This document shows positions 9,468 through 18,967 of a stretch of 64,000 nt of DNA, piece after piece. The notes under the pieces were generated by a model. The model saw only the letters and a list, made by a program, of their open reading frames with translations. It was not told the origin of the DNA and did no database searches. The position numbers were made by a program, and so were the translations under genes. This stretch comes from Dehalococcoidia bacterium (GTDB taxonomy: Bacteria > Chloroflexota > Dehalococcoidia > Lucifugimonadales > UBA3495), in assembly GCA_965262865.1 (NCBI GenBank), contig CBDHFZ010000003.1, positions 214,566 to 278,565 of the forward strand, in the 5' to 3' direction. Within the stretch, counting starts at the first letter, position 1; each line of letters begins with the position of its first letter.

Positions 9468-9824
9468 ATGGAAGTGGCAACAGGCATGGTGGCTATCTTG
9501 TTGATGGGAACAGGAATGATCCTGTGTTTATCACTGACCTTCGCCGTTCTGAGAATAGCCCCGTCCATCAGACGGAACCTGGACAACATGGAAGAAACCA
9601 CACATAACCTTGCTGAGGCAAGCCGTTGTCTGCCCGAGACGGCAGACAACGTGAAAGACATCAGCAAGAACCTACTGGGGGTCACCAGAGACATCAGTAA
9701 CGCCACACCAATCCTGAAGTGGATAGGAATTGCCAACAATGTCGCAGAGGGAGTCTCGGGCCCGGTAGGCGAAAAAGGACGTTCGGTCGCCCAGACAATC
9801 ATGGGCTGGTTCAGGAGGGAATGA
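9468..9824 (+). CDS. Small membrane-anchored protein (DUF948-like)
   Basis: 118 aa with an N-terminal TM helix (MVAILLMGTGMILCLSLTFAVL) followed by a helical region. The stop overlaps the next ATG (ATGA). The family call is tentative. Confidence 0.45.
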   Translation: MEVATGMVAILLMGTGMILCLSLTFAVLRIAPSIRRNLDNMEETTHNLAEASRCLPETADNVKDISKNLLGVTRDISNATPILKWIGIANNVAEGVSGPVGEKGRSVAQTIMGWFRRE

Positions 9825-10057
9825 GAGACAGAGAGGAAACCACCTTGCAACACAGCCAACCCGCCACCATCTCCAACTTCATCTGGAACATCGCCGACAG
9901 CGTACTCCGGGATCTCTTTGTCCGGGGCAAGTACCGCGACGTGATACTTCCCATGACCGTCACCCACCGGCTCGACGCCGTGCTTGAACTCACTAAGCAA
10001 CAGGTCCCAAACGAAAAGAAGTGGCCTCCGAAACAGATGGACACCTGGGCCCTGTAG
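9821..10057 (+). pseudogene. hsdM: Type I R-M methyltransferase HsdM, N-terminal fragment only
   Basis: ISNFIWNIADSVLRDLFVRGKYRDVILPMTVTHRLDAVLE matches the conserved HsdM N-terminal domain. The ORF stops after ~78 aa and no methylase catalytic region follows. Confidence 0.7.
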
Positions 10058-10125
10058 GACCATCAACCGAAACAAAGTGCGACCTCTCCGGGCGCGCCCT
10101 GACGGAGCTCCCACGGTCTTGGCCA

Positions 10126-10303
10126 ACGGGTTCAGCGCCCTCTCTCCCAGGGTAGGGATGGCCCAGGGCCTTAGCACCGCAGGGGCGGAACTGCCGGAGC
10201 TCATGACCTCATGACCTCGGGACGGTGGGACAGCCCCACTACGCCGGCTAAGTATACCGAGGCGCAGACTGCGGGAAGGGAGGCAGTCGCCCCGTACTAC
10301 CGG
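10126..10303 (+). pseudogene. Tyrosine recombinase C-terminal remnant, frameshifted by an 8-bp tandem duplication
   Basis: GFSALSPRVGMAQGLSTAGAELPELMTS / GRWDSPTTPAKYTEAQTAGREAVAPYY resembles the HxxR...GRW...Y tail of integrases, with the His replaced. TCATGACC is duplicated in tandem at 10201-10216; removing one copy restores the frame. Confidence 0.6.
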
Positions 10304-10591
10304 GGGCCTGCGGGAATCCAGGACAACGTAACCTCCCCGGACGAAGACGCTGGGCTACAGTCTGCCGACCACATACATCGAGACCCAGGCCGGGCACACC
10401 TGTTAGCTCATAACCTGACCTGACAAGCATAAGATTTGCAGAGCCGGTTCGCTTCTTCCTATAATCGTACCGGGTCATTGCCAGCCCATGGCGACCATTT
10501 CCTTCACTGGCGGCGTTAGTGCAGGAATAGATGGTTAGCTACGATGGGTCGGCGCTGATGACTCCAAATTCGCAAGGAGGATCGCCACTCC

Positions 10592-11077
10592 ATGACCAGC
10601 AGAAAGGGTAACCAGCCTGCCACCAAGGCGGGCAACGGCGCTGTTCACAAGCAGCCCAATGTCAAGAAACTCCCGTACGCCTCGCGGTACGTGGCAGTTG
10701 ACTCCCACCTCGTCGAACGCAAGAGTTCCTCTGACCTAGTCTCCGCCTTGGCCGGTGAGCGCCCCGCAGGCCGCAAACTCGCCCAAGACATAGCCAATGC
10801 CTGCAACCAGCTCGCTGGCGAGGGCTACGAGGTTTTCTCCATCGTGCCCACCGTGGCTGGCCGAATCGTTGAGGTCTTTATGGACGAGGACGAAGCCGAG
10901 TCGGAGGGCCAGCCGCAGGAGCAACCAAGGGACTCAGCATATGAATTCATCAGACCGGTTCCCATAAATCTGGGGGCGCCCGCTAAGCCCACCGTAACCG
11001 TAGAGGAAGATGAACCCTTGGCGGTCGGGTACAATGTCACCGACGGGATGATTATCACGGCTAAGCTCCGCGAATAG
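10592..11077 (+). CDS. Hypothetical protein
   Basis: 161-aa ORF with a strong SD AAGGAGG (10574-10580) 11 nt upstream of the ATG. Acidic central region. No confident family. Confidence 0.6.
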   Translation: MTSRKGNQPATKAGNGAVHKQPNVKKLPYASRYVAVDSHLVERKSSSDLVSALAGERPAGRKLAQDIANACNQLAGEGYEVFSIVPTVAGRIVEVFMDEDEAESEGQPQEQPRDSAYEFIRPVPINLGAPAKPTVTVEEDEPLAVGYNVTDGMIITAKLRE

Positions 11078-11429
11078 TCCTTTTCGAGAGCTTTGTGCGC
11101 TGGTAATTACCAACCTCAGGCAGTCTAGCGATGTTCAGCCGCCAACGTACTGGCTGCCTGAGAAACGCCAACCGTCAGCGCGCCGACAGCGTCCTCGATG
11201 AACCTGTCCACCACCTACAGGACTCGCCGCCCTGAAACTCGCTTCCGACCATGGGAACTTCCCTATTCTTCCTGAAGCTCAATACAGCCGTATCCAAGGA
11301 TCACCAGCAGGGTCAATGACCAGAAGTCAGCACCCCTCATAATTGCTGACACTTGGCCGTTGATGAGGAGCGGAACGCCCCGATAGACTGGAGGCAGACG
11401 TCACTGAAAATAACCACGCCGGGAGTCGG

Positions 11430-12085
11430 ATGATGGCCCAGCTCCGCGCCAACGGTCCCTACATCTGGGTCACCTGGCTGCCCAAGCTCCTCTCCGGGCT
11501 GAACTCCTGCGAGTGGGCCAGTTGGTTCAAGGCTCAGCATTACAGCGACTCATGGGCCCGTATGCCCTCGGACTTCGACCTGTCCAAGTGGCTCACGGCA
11601 CACACCGCGTTGCTGAACGAATCCAGGGTAACTTGGGAAAGGAATGGCTACTCCGCCCTGACGGAGGGACAGAACCACTTCAACCTCAGGGGGAATTCTG
11701 CGGTACTGGCCGGCAAGCCCGACCTGGTAGCCCGCAAGGGTGATGGGGTCACAATCATCGACGCCAAAACCGGCCGAGCCCAGCCGACGCCCTGCAGGTG
11801 ATGATCTACATGTACGCCCTGCCCAGGGCGCTGGAGCGGTACCGTGGCCTCAGGCTCACCGGTCAGGTGGTTTACTCCGACCACGTGGTCAACATCCCGG
11901 CCGAGGCGGTGGACGAGGCCTTCGTGAGGAACATGGGACAACTGATAACCCGGTTAGCATCAGAGATGCCGGCGAGGCGTGTCCCCAGCCCCGGTGAGTG
12001 CCGGTTCTGCGAGATCACGCCAGCAGACTGCCCTGAGCGAGCAGGGGAAAGTCCTCCGGAAGAAGGCACGACCGACGACTTTTAG
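11430..12085 (+). pseudogene. Cas4/RecB-like PD-(D/E)XK nuclease with C-terminal Cys cluster, split by one frameshift near 11780
   Basis: ORF 11430..11801 ends ...GKPDLVARKGDGVTIIDAKTGRAQP. ORF 11798..12085, read upstream in its own frame, gives ADALQVMIYMYAL... (D...D/ExK...QxxxY layout), then CRFCEITPADC. The two parts are in different frames. This could also be a sequencing error. Confidence 0.7.
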
Positions 12086-12115
12086 AGAACAGCAGGCCAA
12101 GAGGAGTTGATACCA

Positions 12116-12277
12116 ATGGAACCATTGACCCTGACCTTGCACAAATCCAAGGAAACCAGGAACAAGGTGGTGTACGGCACCGGAGACGGCAGCGTCATCC
12201 AGAGCGTCTACATCGACAAGGACGCGCTGGGCGATGTTCCCCCGGCCACCATACAGGTGGTCATATCCGCCCAGTAG
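12116..12277 (+). CDS. Small hypothetical protein (53 aa)
   Basis: Below the ORF-track cutoff. Hand translation gives MEPLTLTLHKSKETRNKVVYGTGDGSVIQSVYIDKDALGDVPPATIQVVISAQ. SD-like GAGGAG lies 9 nt upstream. Confidence 0.4.
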   Translation: MEPLTLTLHKSKETRNKVVYGTGDGSVIQSVYIDKDALGDVPPATIQVVISAQ

Positions 12278-12615
12278 GTTCCCCGCAAGCGCCTGGAAAG
12301 ACCTTAACCTCCGGCCGTCACGCAGGCAGCAACATCAGCGTCTAATGGCCCCAGCAACCGGACATGAGACCCTCAGAAGGCGCCGTCCGCTGTATTTGCG
12401 ACAAAGCTCTCAAGGAGTGGGGCCAGCATTGATCTGCACCCCGCCCAGCGGCATGCATTTCCGTTGCTCCAGAAGATTAAACGCACAAGATGCGATTATC
12501 GTGATCAAAACGACGTGATCTGGGAGCGGCCAGAATGCAATTCCCTTAAACTGTAAGCCGATCAACCGCCGAGTCCCAGGAACGCGACCAGGGCAACCGC
12601 GCCCACGGAACCCAC

Positions 12616-15600
12616 ATGACGCAAAGCCAGAGCCGACAGACCGCCGGGCAATCACTGCCGGACTCGCTGCGCAACTGCCTCTCGCTCGACATCGAGGTAT
12701 CGAGACAAAGCGGGCAGATAGTTGCCGCCGCCGCGTGCAACCCGCAAACCGGCCGGACCTGGCGCGCAAGAGGACCCCTGACCCAGCAGCAACTGCTGGA
12801 GCTCGACCGTATGGCGGCCGAGGCGGACCACCTCGTGGGCCACAACATACTCGCGTTCGACCTCCCGCAACTGAGAGCGCTGCACGCCGGACTGGGGCTG
12901 CTGGACATGCCGGCCCTCGACACCCTGCACCTGAACCCCCTGGCGTTTCCGGCACACCCGTATCACCGGCTTGTGAAGCACTACCGGGACGGGGACCTGA
13001 TCCGCACCACCCACAACGACCCGCTGCTGGACAGCCAGCTGACCCTGCAGGTCCTGGAGGCCCAGCTGACACAGCTGCGGGAGAACACGTCGCCCGAGCT
13101 GCTGTCGGTCTGGCACTGGCTGACCGCCCACGAGTCGGGCCCCGCCTTCGACGCCCTCTTCACCGAGGTGAGACAGCGTCCCCTACCGGCGCCCGAAGAG
13201 GGCAGGGAGGCGCTGTGGCGCTTCCTCGCCGGGAATGCCTGCGACGCCGCGGCCCGCGAGCTGACAGCCACCGCCGAAGAGTCGGCCTGGCCGGCCGCCT
13301 ACGTGACCGCCTGGATGTCCACGGCCGGCACCAACTCGGCCATACCGCCCTGGGTGCTGCAGCATCACCCCGATACCGCCGCCCTGGCGAGAAAGCTCAG
13401 GGAGGAGAGCTGCACCGACCCCGCCTGCACCTGGTGCCCCGAGATGAACGACGTGGTGAAGGAGCTGACCCGGTGGTTCGGCTTCGACTCATACCGGCCC
13501 ACGCCGGCCGACCAGGAGGGACGGTCGCTCCAGGAGAGGATCACCGAGGCGGCCCTGCGGGGCCGGAGCGCCCTCGGGGTGCTGCCCACCGGCACCGGCA
13601 AGTCGCTCTGCTACCAGGTCCCCGCCCTGTCGGCCTACGACAAGACCAGCGCCCTCACGGTGGTGATCTCCCCGCTGGTGGCCCTGATGGCCGACCAGCT
13701 GGCCGGGCTGGAGCGCAACGGCATAACCAGCGCAGTCAGCATCAACAGCCTGCTCTCGATGCCGGAGCGCAGGGACGCCCTCGACCGGATCATGCGCGGA
13801 CAGGCATCGCTGGTGATCATCTCGCCGGAGCAGCTGCGGTCCCCATCGGTAAAGCAGGCCCTGCAGCAGCGGCTCATCGCTCGCTGGGTGTTGGACGAGG
13901 CACACTGCCTCTCCAAGTGGGGACACGACTTCCGCCCCGACTACCGCTACATCGCCCGGTTCATCAGGGAGAACCTGGGAGGCCAGAGGCCGCCGGTGCT
14001 CTGCCTTACCGCCACCGCCAAGCCGGACGTCAAGGACGAGATACAGGAGTACTTCCGCAGCGAGCTGGACATGGATGTGGAGTTGCTGGACGGCGGCGCC
14101 AGCCGCGAGAACCTGGTATTCGACGTGCTGCTCACCAAGCCGCAGCTGAAGATGGCCCAGGTTACGGAACTGCTGGAGCAGCACCTCAGCGGCAACGGCA
14201 GCGCTGCCATAATCTACCGGGCCAGCAGGCGACGGGCCGAGGAGACCGCAGAGCACCTGAACGTGAACGGAGTTGCGGCGGGCCACTTCCACTCGAGGAT
14301 GAGCCCGGAGCGAAAGCTGGATACCCAGCGGCAGTTCCTCGACGGCAGCATCAGGGTGATCTGCGCCACCAACGCTTTCGGCATGGGAATCGACAAGCCC
14401 GACATCCGGCTGGTGATCCACGCCGACATACCGGGCTCGCTGGAGAACTACCTGCAGGAGGCCGGCAGGGCCGGACGGGACGCCGGCAGCGCTCACTGCG
14501 TCCTGCTCTACGACTCCGATGACACCGAGTGGCAGCATGGCCTGCAGGCATCTAACCGACTCAGCAAGCGGGACATCGAGGCCATGCTGAAGGCGCTGAA
14601 GCGCCTGGACGGTCAGAACAACCGCCACGCCCAGGAGGGAGAGCGCAGGCCGGTCATCGCCACCACCGGGGAGATACTGGCCCATGACGAGGACGAGGAG
14701 TTCGAGTCGGAGCTGGAGAACCGGGACACCAAGGGCCGCACCGCCATCGCCTGGCTGGAGGAGGCGACGCTGGTCGCCCGCGGCGACAACCAGGTGACGA
14801 TATTCCCGTCGTCCCTAAAGATCAGGGGCATCAGCGAGGCCCGCGACATAGTGGACCGGGCGTCGCAGAGAGACCGCCGGTACGCGAGCCAGCTGATCCA
14901 GATCGTGCGGAGGGTGATGAACGCCGCCGCCGACACCGGCATCAGCACCGACGAGCTGACCACGGTGACCGGCCTCGAGACCAGCCAGCTCAGGAAGGCG
15001 CTGGACGACTTGGCCAATTTGGGAATACTGGACGACGACAGTCGGCTGACCGCCTACGTGCACGTCGCCACCGGGCGGGGCTCCAGCTCCGCGGACCGCT
15101 ACGAGCGCGCCGCCGCCATGGAGGAGGCGCTGGTCGACCACATGCGCCAACAGGCGCCCGACCAGACGGGCGGAGGCGAGGAACCGCTCTACATCCGCGA
15201 GGTCAACCAGTGGCTCCTGGCCCAGGGACACGACTCGGCCCTGCCGGTCAGGGTGATGCGGCTGCTCAGGTCGCTGGCCCAGACCGGCACCGAGCTCCAA
15301 CCCGGCAACCCCAACCTGAGACTCAGGCTGGTCGCGCAGGAAAGGATGCACGTCACCCTCAACACCACCTGGACGCAGCTCGCCGACAGTGCCGCCCGCA
15401 GAAGAAGGGCCGCCCGGGCGGTACTGCGGACCCTCAGGGACAGCCTGGGAACGGATGCGCGCGGTGCCGACCTGCTGGCCAGCACCACCACCGGAGAGCT
15501 CACCGAAGCACTGAGGCTCGATGGCCAGGTCACCGCGGCGGTGGACGTTAGCAGGCTGCTGCAGCAGGCGCTGCTTTGGCTGCACGACCAGGAGGTCATA

Positions 15601-17784
15601 CGGCTCAACCAGGGCATGACCATCATGCGGCCGGCAATGTCCATTGAGATCAGGGACCGCCGGCGACAGTTCACCAACGCCGACTACGAGCCTCTGGACC
15701 TGCACTACACCGAGCAGACGGTCCAGGTCCACATAATGGCCCAGTACGCCCAGACGGGCCTGGAGTCGGCCGCCGACGCCCTGGCACTGGCACTAGACTA
15801 CTTCACCATGCCGAGGGAGCAGTTCGCCGCCCGCTGGATGGCGGGCCGCAGCCAGGACCTGCGGCGCAGGACTACCCCGGAGTCATATCAGCGCATCGTG
15901 ACGTCACTGAACAACCGCGCCCAGCAGGAGATAGTGACGCAGGACCGCGACGGCCGCAACACCCTACTGCTGGCCGGGCCGGGCTCCGGCAAGACCAGGG
16001 TGCTGGTGCACCGCATCGCCTACCTGGTCAGGGTCAGGCGTGAGAACCCCCGCTCCATACTGGCGCTGGCCTACAACCGCCACGCCGCGGTGCAGATCCG
16101 CCAGAGGCTGCGGGAACTGATCGGCGACGAGAGCAGTGGCGTGGCGGTGCTGACCTGCCACTCGCTGGCCATGCGGCTGGTGGGCCGCACCTTCGAGAGC
16201 AACAAAGCCCGCACCGACAAAGAGGCCAGCGAGATCTTCGACCAGATACTGCAGGAGGCCACCCGGCGGCTGGCCGGCCTGGGCCCCGGTGAGGCAGAGG
16301 AGCGCGACGAGCTCAGGGACCGGCTGCTGGGCGGGTTCCGCTGGGTGCTGGTCGACGAGTACCAGGACATCAAGAGGGCCGAGTACGAGCTGATTTCGGC
16401 CCTCACGGGGCAGGACCGCGGGGAGGAGGACCAGCTCAATATCTTCGCCGTGGGGGACGACGACCAGAACATATACGCATTCAGCGGCTCCTCTACCGAG
16501 TACATACGTCGCTTCCAGGAGGACTACAGGGCCCACGAGTCCTACATGACGGAGAATTACCGCTCCACCCGCAACATCATAGAGGCCGCCAACGCGGTCA
16601 TCGGTAAAGCAGCGGACAGGCTGAAGCGCGAGCACCCCATAACGGTCGACACGGTCCGAACCCTCGAGCGCGCCGGCGGCGCTTGGGAGACGATGGACCC
16701 GATCTCAGGGGGACGGGTACAGATACTGCCGGCCGGCGACGACAGGATAACCCAGGCGGTGGCCGCCGTGGAGGAACTGAGGAGACTGGCGGAGTGCGAC
16801 GCCCAGTGGGACTGGAGCCGGTGCGCCGTCATCGCACGCCAGTGGGACCTGCTGGAGCCGGTCAGGGCAGTCTGCGACAGCCAGGGGATCCGCTCGCAGA
16901 GCGCCCGCGAGGACTTCACCGGCACCTGGCAGCTGAGAGAGACGCAGGACCTCCTCGAGTGGACCACCAGGCAGGAGAGCGGGGTCGACCCCCGCGAGGC
17001 CCTGGACTGGCTGCGCGGCCAGACCCCCAACACCTGGAACACCCTGCTGCAGGAGGCGCTGGAGCAGGCCGCATCGGAGTTGCCCGAGGGCCGGATGCCC
17101 CGGCGGGAGTTCACCGAATGGCTGGCCGAGTGGGCCCGGGACAACCGGCGCCAGCAGCACGGGCTGCTGCTGACCAGCGCGCACCGCGCCAAGGGGCTGG
17201 AGTTCGACCACGTCGTCATACTGGACCACCAGTGGCAACCGTCCGCCCGCAGGGCCGTAGACATGGACGAGCTGAGGCGCCTCTACTACGTCGCCATGAC
17301 CCGGGCGCGGCTGACCCTGACCCTCTGCCGCAGCGGCAACACCAACCCGTTCCTGTCGGCCCTGCAGGGCTGCGAGGCAGTGGTGGAGCGAGAGGCGTCC
17401 AGATGGCGGCCGGAGCCGCCCCCGGAGGCCCGCAGCAGGACCGTCAGGCTGAGCCTGAGCGACATGTTTCTGTCTTACGCCGGACGGAGCTGGGACCGGC
17501 GCACCCACGAGGCGCTGACGGCCCTGCATCCCGGAGACCCGCTCAAGATCAACACCAGGGGCGAGCGTTGGGAGATCATTACGCCCGAAGGCACCCCCGT
17601 CGGCCGCCTCTCCGCAAAGGGGCAAAAGCAGATGCCCACCAACCTGGCCGGTAGCCAGGCGGGCGCCATGGTGCTGGCCATCACCAAGTGGAACAGCGAC
17701 AAGTCAGATCCCGAGTACCGGCGCGGACTCGCAAAGGGGGACTGGGAGGTGGTCATCCCGGAGATCCGCATAACCCCGGCATGA
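12616..17784 (+). CDS. Triple-fusion DEDDh 3'-5' exonuclease / RecQ-family helicase / UvrD-family helicase (1722 aa)
   Basis: Exonuclease motifs: LSLDIEV, GHNILAFDLPQL, HNDPLLDSQ. RecQ motifs: LPTGTGKSLCYQVPA (~aa 324), DEAHCLSKWGHDFRPDY, CLTATA, ATNAFGMGIDKPDIRLVIHADIP, QEAGRAGRDA. UvrD motifs: LLLAGPGSGKTRVLVHRIAYL (~aa 1117), VDEYQDI, FAVGDDDQNIYAFSG, ENYRST, SAHRAKGLEFDHVVIL, LYYVAMTRAR. Confidence 0.9.
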   Translation: MTQSQSRQTAGQSLPDSLRNCLSLDIEVSRQSGQIVAAAACNPQTGRTWRARGPLTQQQLLELDRMAAEADHLVGHNILAFDLPQLRALHAGLGLLDMPALDTLHLNPLAFPAHPYHRLVKHYRDGDLIRTTHNDPLLDSQLTLQVLEAQLTQLRENTSPELLSVWHWLTAHESGPAFDALFTEVRQRPLPAPEEGREALWRFLAGNACDAAARELTATAEESAWPAAYVTAWMSTAGTNSAIPPWVLQHHPDTAALARKLREESCTDPACTWCPEMNDVVKELTRWFGFDSYRPTPADQEGRSLQERITEAALRGRSALGVLPTGTGKSLCYQVPALSAYDKTSALTVVISPLVALMADQLAGLERNGITSAVSINSLLSMPERRDALDRIMRGQASLVIISPEQLRSPSVKQALQQRLIARWVLDEAHCLSKWGHDFRPDYRYIARFIRENLGGQRPPVLCLTATAKPDVKDEIQEYFRSELDMDVELLDGGASRENLVFDVLLTKPQLKMAQVTELLEQHLSGNGSAAIIYRASRRRAEETAEHLNVNGVAAGHFHSRMSPERKLDTQRQFLDGSIRVICATNAFGMGIDKPDIRLVIHADIPGSLENYLQEAGRAGRDAGSAHCVLLYDSDDTEWQHGLQASNRLSKRDIEAMLKALKRLDGQNNRHAQEGERRPVIATTGEILAHDEDEEFESELENRDTKGRTAIAWLEEATLVARGDNQVTIFPSSLKIRGISEARDIVDRASQRDRRYASQLIQIVRRVMNAAADTGISTDELTTVTGLETSQLRKALDDLANLGILDDDSRLTAYVHVATGRGSSSADRYERAAAMEEALVDHMRQQAPDQTGGGEEPLYIREVNQWLLAQGHDSALPVRVMRLLRSLAQTGTELQPGNPNLRLRLVAQERMHVTLNTTWTQLADSAARRRRAARAVLRTLRDSLGTDARGADLLASTTTGELTEALRLDGQVTAAVDVSRLLQQALLWLHDQEVIRLNQGMTIMRPAMSIEIRDRRRQFTNADYEPLDLHYTEQTVQVHIMAQYAQTGLESAADALALALDYFTMPREQFAARWMAGRSQDLRRRTTPESYQRIVTSLNNRAQQEIVTQDRDGRNTLLLAGPGSGKTRVLVHRIAYLVRVRRENPRSILALAYNRHAAVQIRQRLRELIGDESSGVAVLTCHSLAMRLVGRTFESNKARTDKEASEIFDQILQEATRRLAGLGPGEAEERDELRDRLLGGFRWVLVDEYQDIKRAEYELISALTGQDRGEEDQLNIFAVGDDDQNIYAFSGSSTEYIRRFQEDYRAHESYMTENYRSTRNIIEAANAVIGKAADRLKREHPITVDTVRTLERAGGAWETMDPISGGRVQILPAGDDRITQAVAAVEELRRLAECDAQWDWSRCAVIARQWDLLEPVRAVCDSQGIRSQSAREDFTGTWQLRETQDLLEWTTRQESGVDPREALDWLRGQTPNTWNTLLQEALEQAASELPEGRMPRREFTEWLAEWARDNRRQQHGLLLTSAHRAKGLEFDHVVILDHQWQPSARRAVDMDELRRLYYVAMTRARLTLTLCRSGNTNPFLSALQGCEAVVEREASRWRPEPPPEARSRTVRLSLSDMFLSYAGRSWDRRTHEALTALHPGDPLKINTRGERWEIITPEGTPVGRLSAKGQKQMPTNLAGSQAGAMVLAITKWNSDKSDPEYRRGLAKGDWEVVIPEIRITPA

Positions 17785-18276
17785 CTCAGGGCTGCAGGGG
17801 GTATCAGCACTGAAGAGCGCAGACACAGGGACCAGAGAGGCACGGATCTCGGTGCACGGCCGGACCGAGAGGATACCTGTGCATGGCCTCGCCCAAATCG
17901 TTACGCTACGAAAGTGGTTGCCCCAGATGATATGTTAACGAAAATTCGGTCCGCAGCAGCGTGTTGTCCGGCACTCTGCCCAACAAACGATGGAGTCGGA
18001 CGCCGCTAGTGCGGCGGAAGGAGGCACAGCTACAGAGAGGCAGGCTGTCAAAGGTCTCAACACTACAATAAACAACTGGGAGTGGTTGCTTGCATCGGAC
18101 CGTTGGCCGTCCACACGGAGGACGCCATACGGAACCTGATCAGATACTATCGGCAAATTGAGAATGGATACCCACAAATGTTCCGATAGCCATTCCACGA
18201 TAAAATCAGACTATCCTGGTTTACCACCTTGTCCAGGATCGGACGGCGAAGGTAGGACGCCCGACGGCAGTCCTCT

Positions 18277-18534
18277 TTGTCCAAGAGGGAGCTACAAGCT
18301 ATGCAAAAGGCGCTGCACCTTAAAACAACGGTACTGCCAGGGGGAAGGATAGAAATCATTGACCAGGACCTGCTCGAAGGAGAGGCCGTAGATGTCGTCG
18401 TGACACCCTTGGCGGCGACGCCGCGGCGGTCGGCGGTGGACATTCTCGCAGAGGGGCCGGGGCAGAGGCTCTTCAAGACCGCTGCAGATGTGGACTCCTA
18501 CATCCAGGCCGAGCGCGAATCGTGGGAGCGCTGA
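18277..18534 (+). CDS. vapB: VapB-type antitoxin (AbrB/SpoVT-like N-terminus)
   Basis: 85 aa. The stop lies 13 nt inside the following PIN gene. The HLKTTVLPGGRIEIIDQDLLEGEAVDVVV segment is swapped-hairpin-like. Confidence 0.65.
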   Translation: MSKRELQAMQKALHLKTTVLPGGRIEIIDQDLLEGEAVDVVVTPLAATPRRSAVDILAEGPGQRLFKTAADVDSYIQAERESWER

Positions 18535-18959
18535 CGCTGCCTGACAGCGGGCCGATATATCTGGACTCCTGCGGATTCATTTACAGCGTGGAGCGGGTCG
18601 AACCCTACCGCACCCTGCTTGAACCCATGTGGCAACAGGCTGCTGCAGGCCGGTTCGTCATCGTAACCAGTGAGTTGACAGTATTGGAAACGCTGGTCAA
18701 GCCCCTCAGGGAGGGCGATGCGTTCCTCGAAAGACTCTTCAGGGAACTATTTGATGCGGTCGAAGTACGGCTGATTCCGGCCACCCGACCGCTGTGGGAA
18801 GAGGCCGCACGCCTTCGAGCCACGACGAATTTGAGGACGCCGGACGCACTCCACGCGGCTGCGGCGCTCCGGGAAGGGTGTGCGCTGTTCGTCACCAATG
18901 ACACAGCCTTTCGGAGAGTGTCAGGGCTGCCTACAGCAGACTTGAATGAGTCAGTCTAA
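18522..18959 (+). CDS. vapC: PIN-domain ribonuclease (VapC-like)
   Basis: Acidic PIN residues in context: IYLDSCGFIY, TSELTVLE, RTPDALHAAAA, FVTNDTAF. GTG start overlaps the antitoxin gene. Confidence 0.85.
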   Translation: MGALTLPDSGPIYLDSCGFIYSVERVEPYRTLLEPMWQQAAAGRFVIVTSELTVLETLVKPLREGDAFLERLFRELFDAVEVRLIPATRPLWEEAARLRATTNLRTPDALHAAAALREGCALFVTNDTAFRRVSGLPTADLNESV

Positions 18960-18967
18960 CTCTGTCC

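Noticed and set aside
9254-10204. 316-aa minus-strand ORF spanning the end of the nuclease gene, the DUF948-like gene and the HsdM fragment
   Set aside because: It overlaps three better-supported plus-strand features, has no motifs, and crosses a clear composition change.
12735-14522. 595-aa plus-strand ORF and several long minus-strand ORFs (for example 13489..14685 at 398 aa, and 14815..15732, 15964..16635, 16705..17625) overlapping the giant helicase gene
   Set aside because: They are alternative-frame or antisense shadow ORFs typical of GC-rich DNA. Their translations are Arg/Pro/Gly/Ala-rich with no motifs, while the 12616..17784 frame carries three complete enzyme motif sets.
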